NCBI GenBank assembly: GCA_050084515.1
Contig: CM114271.1
Span: 18,786,001 to 18,850,000, forward strand
Length of the DNA stretch: 64,000 nucleotides
Source: Blasia pusilla
Lineage: Eukaryota
Reading direction: 5' to 3'
In this document: positions 36,297 through 46,910 of the stretch, piece after piece
How the letters are laid out: the number at the start of each line of letters is the position of its first letter
Numbering within the stretch: position 1 is the stretch's first letter
Program-made: the position numbers and the translations under genes
The notes under the pieces: generated by a model
Told to the model about the DNA's origin: nothing
Database searches by the model: none
The model's input: the letters and a program-made list of their open reading frames with translations, nothing else

Positions 36297-37297
36297 TGTC
36301 GCGACCCTCATGACCAAACAAGTGCCAAGCGGAACATTGGAACATTAGCGGGCTCACGCTAAGATGGTTTGCGCGTTGGAGTTGTCTCAAAGAGGAGACA
36401 AGAGACGAGATGCGAGCGAGAAGTCGCGTTTCAGATGTGATGGTCGCGACTCAGAAACCTGGACCAAACGCGGAATGAGACTTGAAAGAAGTCGAGTCTA
36501 GGAAGTGGGTTGCCAAAGGAAAGATCCGGATTTGGAACGCCACTTGCGTTTGAGAGTTTCCGACTGTATTTATGGCCATAACTTTTAGCGCCAAGATGCG
36601 TTTGGAGCAAATAAGGGTGCGTTGGAAAGCTTATGGAGAGCCGGTCAAAACGCACCAAAGATCGCTGCAAACGCATAAGCAGCGGCCGAGATACGACCCG
36701 AAAACGACTGTAAGTGGAGTCGGGTTGAGGGCCACAATGAAGGGCCCGACCCTCTTTTCCCAAAGGGGAGGGGTTATTGGAGAACCCAGAAGTACTAGTA
36801 AGGGGAAGGTCTCGAGAGTGCTTGGAACCCAAACCCCACTTTGGGCGCCGCGGGGCGGCTCAAGGGCATGGAACGGAACGCGAGTTTGGGCGTTGGGTTG
36901 GAAAACCTGCACCAAGTCCATTGAGGCGATTTTAGACATCCCTCTTGGATTTCACGCCGCGACTCAATTACTTGGGTCTCGGTTCGGAACTCACACGAGG
37001 ACCGTTGAAACAGTTGGGATCGCTAGGCGTGCAAGTGCCGTTTCAGATCCCTGGACTAACCAGGAAGTCTGTTCCAAGTCTTGAAGGACTTGCCATGTTT
37101 TGGAAGCTAGGAACTAAGGAAGGTTGAGCTTGATGAGACGCCGAGTCGAGGACTCGGTGGGTTGGAACGCCGGTTGGCCCAGACCCGACTAACAAGAGTG
37201 CGTGTTTGGGTGCAGATCGGCGATGAGTTTGTGACCTACTGAACGCACGCTTCCGCAACACTAAAGATTGACGTTCAACGGGAGTAGGGGCGCGACA
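36297..37297. mobile_element. Solo LTR (~1001 bp) of an unrelated family inserted in copy 3, between DNMT and RT
   Basis: Termini TGTCGCGACCCT...AGGGGCGCGACA (11/12 inverted). 5-bp TSD GAGAC/GAGAT. The host reading (..MATET / MVEASAGGE..) resumes after it. Confidence 0.85.
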
Positions 37298-40200
37298 GAG
37301 ATGGTAGAGGCATCAGCTGGGGGCGAGGAGAGTAGTATTTTGCATCCTTGGAGTAAATGGGATGTAATGGCTGGGCATGTGGAGTTGGTTGCTCATGTTG
37401 GTGGAGGAGTTATTTGCTCAGGTGATGGTGTAGCTAAGGGTGTACTATCTTGTGAGGGGGTTGCGTAGCAGCCAATGGCATCGTCCTCTCCCTCTAGTGT
37501 GCTAGTGGAGGAGACTTGGGAGCCATTACTTGGGCCCAAGCTTACGCGAGGTGAGAAAGGACGCTTGACAAAATTCCTACGTGCTTATAGGAGTTGTTTT
37601 GCCTTTAGCATGAAGGAGTTGGGTGCTTTGGTTGGACCCGGTATACGGATTGATTTGGCTAGTGATACGCCAATCTTCCGTCCTCCCTACCAATATAGTG
37701 ATATAGAGAGGGACCTGATTCAGAGTAGGACGTTGGACGTTGGACCTTTTGGAGGCTGGATTAGTGGAGTTGTTGCATGGAGAGTATGCATCAGCCACTG
37801 TCATGCCTGCTAAAAAGGATATGCATGCCAACTACACGAATAGGCGGATGTGTGGAGATTACCGTCCTATCAATCGGCAAACCAAGGCCGATAGGTATGC
37901 CATGCCTACACCTGAGGAGATCTTTGATGTGGTGGGACAGGCAAAGATTTTCAGTACTTTGGATCTTCGGGCAGGATACCATGAGTTGCCGATTCGGGAG
38001 AGTGACAAGGCCAAGAAAACATTTTGGGGTGTCAATTCTCATGGCAAGGATTGTTTGTACCAGTGGAAATTCTTACCCTTTGGGTTGAAGAATGCACCTG
38101 CCGAGTTTCAGAGAGTGATGGACAGGATCCTAGCAGGGTTGGATTTTGTTCGGTGTTACATTGATGATCTCTTGGTGTTTAGTAACACGCTGGAGGAGCA
38201 TCAGATACATTTTCAGATTGTGTTTGAGCGGTTGAAAGCTCATGATCTACGTTTGCATCCAGGAAAGTGTAAGTTCTTCCATGAGGATGTTGAGTACTTG
38301 GGTCATGTGATCTATCCAGGTGGTTTGGGATTTCAGCAAGCAAAGGTGGAGGTTATTGCACTTATTCCGCGTCCGGTAGATGTGAGTAGAGTTCGGGCAT
38401 TCATGGGATTGGCAAACTACTATCGGAGGTATGTGAAGGGATTTAGTGATATGGAAAAGACTTTGAACCAATTGCTGAAATCAGATCAAGAGTGGCACTG
38501 GGGAGATGATCAAGAAAGAGCTTTGTGGAGCTCAAGGCCCAGTTGGTGGCGGCGCCTACCTTGAGGAGACCTATCAGAGGGCGCCCATTTCAGTTACACA
38601 CTGATTGGAGTAGGTCGGGACTTGGAGCGGTGTTGACACAACATGATGATGAGCACATGGAGTTTAATTTGTGGTGGCCTATGCAAGTCGTTTGAATAAT
38701 GCAGCGGAGTTGCCCTATAGTTCATATGAGGGAGAGTGCTTGGCAGTAGTGTGGGTTGTGGCACACTTTAGGTGTTACTTGTTTGACACACAGTTTACCC
38801 TTGTTACTGATCACCAGCCGCTCAAGTGGTTGATGGAGTCTGACAAGCTTATAGGGAAGCTTGCACGGTGGGCTCTTATCTTACAGGAGTATGACTTCCA
38901 GGTGGTACATAGACCTGGAGTTTCCAACCTTGATGCTGATGGGTTGAGTAGGAACCCATGTACTAGTCAAGAGGATGCAACTGGGGCTAGATGGCAGGTG
39001 AGGTTGATGAGGAGATGGTGCCAAGTTGGCATGCATCCGCCTTTTTATGTTGGTTAGGGGTGGACTCTAGTATGGAGGACCACATGACATCTTACTCTAG
39101 TCAGAGGATAGATGGCCATCCTTCAGATCCTAACGTTGGAGATGGTGGTACGGATCAGCGTGATATTCATGATGATGCGTTGGTGTTGGAGTTCCTACGG
39201 ACCAGTAGGATGCCAGACATAATGAGTGCCAAGGAGCGAAACCATGTTCTTCAACGTACTAAGAGGTATCGATTGGAGGGACGCACGAGAACAAGACCGG
39301 TGCATCCGGTGTGGACGCAATGTGGGAACCGGTAATAGTGCCACTTGAGTCGTGATAGTTCCGGTGGGGGCCTTTGTAGGGACAATCGTTCCGTCAGGGA
39401 TGACCGACGGCGAGTGTCCCGACATGATTGGGCCGAAGTCCCGCGCTTGCATCGGATGGTGGGGCGGCGTTGAAGGAAGGGAATCTGTGGTTAGGAAGAC
39501 GGACGTGGCAAGACACAGTCGTATACGAATCGGACAACCAATGAAGAGGGGCCGGTGGGGCGGAGTGTGGGGCCCCCGCATCATGGCTTGATTTGATTTG
39601 ATTCACGTGAGATCGCCCGTGTGCATGGGTAACGTTCCCGAGTCGGGACTCGGGACGTTCCGTGCATGATGATCTGGTAGAACCACATGGGTGACCATGA
39701 AGGGGGAAGAGGGGTCCACGACGGCAGTGCCGGATGGTGGGCCGACAGATGGTTGACAGGAGCGCTTTACGGAGTGTGGACACAGATAGGTGGCGCACAA
39801 GAGCCCGTGTCTGTGAGATCTCGTCGACTGGTGTCACTGTCAGATTGCGCTAGTAAGCGCCGTTGAGTCATCAACTCGCCGTCCTCTCCCACTGGAGTCG
39901 ATGATTTTTCTCTGGTTATTTTCGCCGGCGTGGAATACTTGATGTATTTTCCTCTCTGCCTTTCCCAACTGGTGCTGTTGTTTCTGTCTTCCAGAAGAGA
40001 GGTATTTGGGGGCTCTTCTACACCATCCATAAAAAAACCTCTCCGTAAACCCTCTGACCCTCCTAACACAACACCTACACTTCATCACACGGGAGGGACC
40101 CGTGAGGTTTACAGGATTTTTCGACCCCTGGACGACCGGCGAGTCGACCTTCCTGCCACACTTCGTGCAAGACGCGAAATTTGGATAATTTGGACTTTTT

Positions 40201-42156
40201 CGATTCGGGTTCGTTTCCATTAACCAACTCCTCACTTCACAAATTCGTTAGTTTTCCGGGCCGACATGAGAAAGAATTGACGGTCCTGTGTGCGCATAGG
40301 GACCGTCATTCCTTGTAATGGCTGAAGTCAAACAGACTGGACTGGACTGACTACCTCAATACATACTGACAGTCCAAGAGCTACTAGTCATTATTGAGGT
40401 TGCAGTCATCAAGTCATGCCTGTGAATATGCTCATCACCATGGGCCTGGCGCACAGGTTGAATGCTGATGGTTAGGAGAGACAGAAAGAGGGATCAGGAC
40501 AGAAGCACTGTGAAATAAGGGTTCATATGAGCATTGAAGCAGACTTGAGAAATTAATCGAGAGAATCTCAGGGAAAGAACACAGGAGGGGGTTAGAGTGG
40601 GGACTGGCATATGATGAAATTATGAGTGGGAGCTTGTAAAAAAGGTCCGAAAGATTATTCAAGAAAACCTAAGAGAACAAGAGGGGTATGCCGTGAGGAC
40701 AGTTGTAGGGAAATATCAAAGGGGGCACTGAAACTTCAGTACTTTGCCACACTCGAGTAGTTACTCGGTCTGAATTGATGAGAAAGTGATTGAGCTGGCA
40801 AAGCAGATGAAACTCCTTTCAAAGGACAAAGGTCTCAACTGGAGTCGTACACCAAAACAACCAACCGAACACTTCTTCAAGACTAGTAAGTATACGACCT
40901 TACAAAAAAGTAATCCTTGTGGCTTCGCTATTGCACTTTCTTCACTACAACATAAGAAGGCCTTCTCACCTTCTGCACTCATCTTCTGGTCCCCGTTGAG
41001 TGTCCCCTCAGAATTCCTCGCGCACCTGGGCCGGCTATACCTCCATGTCAGTCCTACCTTCACGGAGAGTCCCAACTTTCCTCTCTGAGCCCACATGGGT
41101 TCACAGGAAGGATCCATCTACTATTTCAACCAACTGGTGCTGATCAGGAGAAGCTCCTTGCTAGACAATTACTGGCATGAAACCCACTTGACTTCCTTGA
41201 TGCCAGCTTCAGTGATACTCAAAACATGAGAAATCCCAATTTCAAGTTATAGAATCCAGAGAATCTATAAACTTCACTTTATCATCAGGGAATTTTCTTT
41301 TCAGAACTACAAACCAGAATTGGGGAATGTTTCCCGTCTTGGATGTGCAGAAAACTGATTCTAACAACATCCAAATTTGTAGAACTGTCCAAAGCAAAAT
41401 GGTATGCTTAGAACTTCAGAAGAAAGAGGTCTGAGAGCTCCTAACGGGACCCACTTCACCGGAATGTTCAATTTTTTTGACAAAATGCCCCTATCAAGCC
41501 CTCTCTTAGGATACTGAAGAAACAAATACAAGGTACACCGGGCACCCTTTTCAAGCTTGTAGGTCTGTAGGTCTTAGAGATGCAGTCTTCGTGAGCTCAA
41601 TCCTGCACCCATAGCAGATCCAGGCCTTGGAAGACTGCTGAAGCTCTCATTGGTGGAACACATCAGTAGGGACACTGGAACTCCACCATATTATGGCCGA
41701 GAGAATCTGTTTGCCCTCTCAGCATCCAGCTAGAGAAGCTGAACTGCCAGCGAGCAAAACTGTTACTCCGGGGATGTCATATTCCACACGGGCCACCAGA
41801 CAAGGAAGAAAAAGGAAGGGTGAGAAACACATTAACTGCACATGACTATCAAAGAATTTTGCTTGGTTGAAGTGTGGTTTCTTCGAGAGAACCCCACAAA
41901 GCAGGGAACTCTCTGCTCTGGAAGGACTCAAGCCCAATAATGCACAATAGCAAGCCACTGTCCCCTGAACACAAAAGCTCAGTGGACCTAAAGTGTCAAG
42001 CCGCTCTCTACCCTACAATTGAAGATCTTCGTGAGCATGAGTGCTTCGCTGATTGAACCATACAAAAGGATGTGCAAACCAGGCAACGTAGATGTGCAGA
42101 TAAAAAGAACCAGGGCTTTATCTACATCTCTGGAAGTGGAAGAGCAACTGCCACAT

Positions 42157-44136
42157 CTATGGTTGTCTGTTTGCCTGCAAAGCTGCACTCAATTGCTTTA
42201 ACCCTTCTCCAATGTTGTTCAATGCACTGATGTAACCACTCCCAAGCTCCATTGTGCCCCTAAACTTCTCCTTCTCGAACTTCAGTTTGATCCTTTCCAT
42301 CTCCATATCCTCCTTATGCCTCTTGTCTTTCCTCTCCTCTGATTCCATCATTGCGTCAACTACCTTCTTGTTATTCCTTTCAAGAATTGGAGCCATTCTG
42401 TCTGAAGATTTTGGTAACAACTTCCGCTTCCTTAATGTGCTAGGCCCATTCATGTTCTCAGCATCATCTCCTTCTGACTCAGAAAACTCCCCGTTACTTC
42501 CAGCAGTATTGTCTGGACTTCCACCTGCTCCTGCATCAGATCCATATGAACAAGCTACAAATAACTTCAGTTATTACCATCCGTGTTGATTATGGACAAG
42601 ACTGCACACAAAATATGTTTACAATCAGCTGCCACCAACCTTGGATTGCAGACATAGCAAAAAGTTAGCTCTGAGTACACTTCAAGCCTAGGCATCGTCT
42701 AGAGTAAAACCTTTGCATACACTGACTTCCTCGATGAAAGAGCCACAACATGGCCATCCACTTGAACAAGCCGCATTGGATCAGACATGAACCTTCAAGA
42801 TGTTCCGTGTAAAAGAGCTCGAACTGGTATCAGTAATTACAAACAGAACAAAGGGCCAGTGAACAATTAAAAACCGATATTTTTGCTCTTACAGTGCCAA
42901 TGGTGGGCTACTTCATAACAAACTGATCAGTACTCCTATATATGCCAGTCTTCAGAAAAAGGGAATTGGATAGAGGGCGGACAGGGTTCACATACTAGGG
43001 CAGTAATCACGTTCTCAAATCAGGTCAAAGAAACTGATTATCAGCTTGAATAATTTATCAAGTTTCCGGAACATGATACACTGATCATCACTCCAATGCT
43101 TAGTAAGAGAGATAAACACGTTCCAAACACTCTATTACCCTCTTGATCGTTTCTTTCTGAGGAAGATGGAACATTGAACTGAACATAGTTTGATTCAATG
43201 TGAAGAAAGTAGAGAGCATTAATTTGCAATAACGATGCCGTTGCAAAAGGATATTGAGGGCAATGAAAAAAACATCAACTGAAGTAACAGAAAATTTCTT
43301 ATGTTCAAGGTACTCAGGTTTAAGAAATTTACTGGAGATTATCAAGGACGAGAAGTACTTAATCTTCTACTTGGAGATGAGGACTATTCTGCCAATTTGC
43401 TTTGACTCTTAAGCCAGAATCTCACAACATCCAATGACCCAACCATACATATCTGACAACCTCAAATGAGACAAGACGTGCATATGCATGCATTCCAGAT
43501 ATCGTAAACTATCACCAGGCCCTGCAACCAGGACCCTGGAAACTAGACAGCTACTTGTCTCAAACTCTCTGCGAGTATGCACTTACCAATGCGCAGCACA
43601 GGAGCTGGGGTTGATGTATCCACAGCAAGTTCACCAGGATCTGCAGCTTTGCTCTTGTTGTACCATTCAGTGAGAGCTTGAAAAACCTCTTTGTAAAAAT
43701 TTCGAGGAAGTCTATGTTTCTTCCTCTCATCCCCCAGCATCTCCCAGTATGACCTTTGCCCGCTGGGTATGTTCTTTTCGTAGTCGTTTACCTTTTTGAA
43801 CTCTGAGGCTAGGAGTTCCCACTTGTCCTGACACTGCTGAGCACTTTTCTGCACCCCTTGAGCCCAACAGTAATCTTCAATCCACTGCCATCGTTCTACC
43901 GCCGTCTTCTTCTTCTCTTTCAAACCCCCTTTATTTTGCCTGTCGAAGTCCTCGCGCCTGGCAGTCTGTAAAATTACCATCTCTGCAGGCGTCCAGTTGC
44001 TTTTCTTATAATTACGCCCCTTTCTTGAACCTTCAGGCTCCCCGAACAGGACCTCGTCATCCATATCCTTGCTCTGATCATCGTTCACCTGCACAACGGC
44101 CCGGGGATCCGCCATGGCGACCTCCTCGCTCGTCAT
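42157..44136 (-). CDS. Trihelix / Myb-SANT-like transcription factor (ASR3/SH4-like); exons 44136-43587 and 42530-42157
   Basis: NWTPAEMVIL...ERWQWIEDYCWAQGVQKSAQQCQDKWELLASEFKKVNDYE...SYWEM...ERKKHRLPRNFYKEVF. A phase-1 GT-AG intron joins in frame to an acidic/basic and coiled-coil C-terminal exon. No disruptions seen. Confidence 0.85.
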
Positions 44137-45211
44137 CCCAATCGGAAGCCGGAGAAAATGCCTTTCGGCCAGATTGCCCGGCTGTCTGGAGTCAAAATTT
44201 TGCTTCCCCTAAGCCTCAACCCTAAACCATCATCTCCAGCTTTTCAGTACTTAAGTCTATATGATGCTCGTGGGTGCGATACACAGAAAATAAAGTTTCT
44301 CCCGTCAACACTCACTCTGTCCTCCTACCATTAGGGTCTGCCTCTCGCCCTGCTTCCCGCCCGCTCGAGCTCCTCAACAGCCATTCCTTTCCGCCAGAAG
44401 TGCATTTGAGCATCGGAGGAACAGCAGGAAAAACTCTGAAACTATCCTGCACCTGGAATTGGCCAACGGCCCCGAGCCTCCCTTCATGAATGCCTCAAAC
44501 AATCGTACCGGCAATGATCCCCCTCCCTGCTTCCGAACACGATTTCCTCCTCTTTCACACTCGGTCTCCACCACATTTCGGCCCGTCTAAGCTTCCTTTT
44601 CCAACCCTCCACCTTTGTTTCCTCTCCTCTACTTCCTTCCCCTTCCCACGTTACCCTCACGCCAAAGCACTCTCGACACCTCCTCGTTCTTCTCCGCCCG
44701 AGAGGTCCAACCTCTCAGACCGACCACAACCTGCACAAGCTGCAAAAATCACCTGTCACTCTCCATCAGTGCCCAAGGTCACACACCTGCCAACGATAAA
44801 GGATACGAAAGAGCACCACGGACAAGAGCCAAAGAAAAAGAGCCCCCGACTTCTCCAACAGAACAACGAACCCACCTTCGATCCGCCCTCCCTAGTTGCA
44901 GCGCCGCTAGTACGTGAGAGCCACCGCACCTCACCACCCTCTTTCTCCTCTTCCTCTTCCTCACGGAAACCCTCCACAACCTCCGAAGAAAGACCGAAGA
45001 AACCCAAGCACGCACGACCGGAAACCAAAGGCACCCGCACCCCAAAGACAAACCCGAACAGGAGCAAAAGGGACGGGGGAGGGGGGAAATGAAACAAAAT
45101 CAGAAAAGTGGACCCAAGAACGATAGGTGGGAGCGACAGGAATAATCCAAACGCCCGCCAATCCCTACACCCAAAAGAACCCGTAAAAATTATAGCGCTA
45201 ACCCCACACAC

Positions 45212-45214
<3 letters not shown>

Positions 45215-45247
<33 letters not shown>
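45215..45247. repeat. (GA)n microsatellite, (CT)n on the trihelix gene strand; probably 5' UTR or promoter
   Basis: Pure GA run ~1.1 kb upstream of the trihelix ATG in a GC-rich region. Confidence 0.9.
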
Positions 45248-45249
<2 letters not shown>

Positions 45250-46655
45250 GCAGAATTCCTCGCGAGCGCACCGGAATAGGGCAGTCAGATCCTTCTTCTC
45301 CCCAATCCTGAAAGAAAAATACTACTCGATCTTCGAGCCCGCCAGGTCCGTGGTCCCTCCGGATCGTTCCGAGGAAAGATTGCACAATGCACACAAGTTG
45401 CACCCGCACGAGGAGGAGAGCGAACACGACGAAAATTAAAGAAAGCGAAGCAAACGAAAGCAAAACTCTTCTTCCTCGAAGGGACGACAAGTAAGGGACA
45501 CCCACACCCACACTCCTCCCGAGTCCCGACTCCCTTACCCGTCCTTCGTGGCTTGGGGCTGCTTTCCACTCTAACCTCTCCCCGCTCGCTCGCCGGCGTG
45601 CGAGCGTCTCGCTACAAGAGCTTGCGAACAGGCGTTTCCGTGTTTCATCCATCCGACCGACTCCGGGAAGGACCTATCCCTGACCGTAACCCGCTGATCA
45701 GACCGCTCCGGAGTTCGTGGTGTGGCCCACGCGCTCCCCGGACCTGAACCCATACGACCGCTGCGGAGTTTGTGGTGTGGCCCACCCGAGCACCGAGGCT
45801 GCTGGATTGCCTATGCGGCTGGCGGTCGGCGACGTACAGCTATGGAGCGGAGCCGGTGCTCATCGTCGGCGGGCAGGGAACCACGATGGCTATTTTGTTC
45901 TTTTTGTTAAATAAATAAATAAAGATATTTCTGTGGCTATATTTCCTCTCTCTCGCTCTTTCTTTCTTGAGTATACCCATTTTAATTGACCCTTTTTTGT
46001 CCTTTTGCTTACCTTCCTCTACATATACGGTCCACCTGATGAGCCCCCTCTTTCATGCGGTCCTCGCCAAACTAGTGCGCATTTAAACTCGTTGCATTGC
46101 TTGCAAAAAACTCCACGTGGGTTTCTAATGAGCGCCCTGTGGTCGTTCGATTATCTCTCCATCTCGTCATTCTTTATTTTGTTTCTAACAAGCACGCCAC
46201 ATAAGGCAAGGCGGCTAAACCTCTCCAAACGGCCTCTTTTATAGGACCTTTATTCATCCAGGAGCCAGGAAATAGCAACCTCTATATCCAAACCAACTTT
46301 AATCAATAATAGTATTTCTGATCATTGAAATCCTTTCGGCAGTCGCACTAAAAAAAGGCGGACTTTATTTCAAGCATATCCGGCGAGAGCTGTATTACAT
46401 GCATAATAGTGGGGTTCGCATACAAAATTATCACCTGATCATCTTGTGTAATATTGAAAGGTGTCGCATATAGGAAAGAAGATGCATCAAACCTCGTCGC
46501 TTTACAAGGTTTGAACAAAAGAGGGAAGATTTCTTTCCTTTTGAAGAAGATCCATATTCTTTTTTTAGTGTAGATTGTTTCACGTCATAGGAATATCCAC
46601 TCTTCAATATAACGGATTCAATCTCCCATATTAGAAAATAAAAGTATTAATTTTA

Positions 46656-46910
46656 CTAATGACATGCAACGTGCATTTTGGTGTACGTTATATTATATGG
46701 TGACGGTGCTCCTCATGGGTGAAAAACATCCAAACCGGAGGAATAATACGAATTAAAAAAATATTCTGTTGGAATTGAAGTTCTAACAATTATGTTAATT
46801 CAATTTTTTATTACGTGTGTTGTAAAGGGAAGAGACTCAAATGCATACGTGTCATCAGTCATCACGGAAGGAAGGGGTTCTCAAACCCCTTTCTCTCTTA
46901 ATAATATAGA
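46656..46910 (-). mobile_element. Probable short non-autonomous Helitron
   Basis: Minus strand begins TCTATATTATTAAGAGAG, a typical plant Helitron 5' end. It ends with a hairpin (AACGTACA..TGCACGTT, 46668-46689) ~8 nt before TTAG|T, a degenerate CTAG. The 5' flanking base is C rather than A. Confidence 0.5.

Larger units (their letters stand above)
30792..39280 (+). mobile_element. DNMT-encoding Ty3/Gypsy-like retrotransposon, copy 3 (inserted in copy 1 gag; 3'-truncated at the integrase N-terminal region)
   Basis: Starts TGTCATGA at 30792, with a possible LTR to TGACA at 31136. Gag 32423-33800 has two zinc knuckles (CWTCGGDHVRKFC, CDHCRRAGHPRERC). Protease ~34550 (LLDSGAQP), DNMT ~35270-36240, RT 37740-38564 (CYIDD), RNase H ~38590-38960. 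Homology stops after LQRTKRYRLEG. Confidence 0.88.

Noticed and set aside
44490-45652. Long overlapping ORFs (200 aa plus strand, 298 aa minus strand)
   Set aside because: Low-complexity, no domain, and the minus-strand ORF runs through a microsatellite; better explained as GC-rich 5' UTR or promoter of the trihelix gene.
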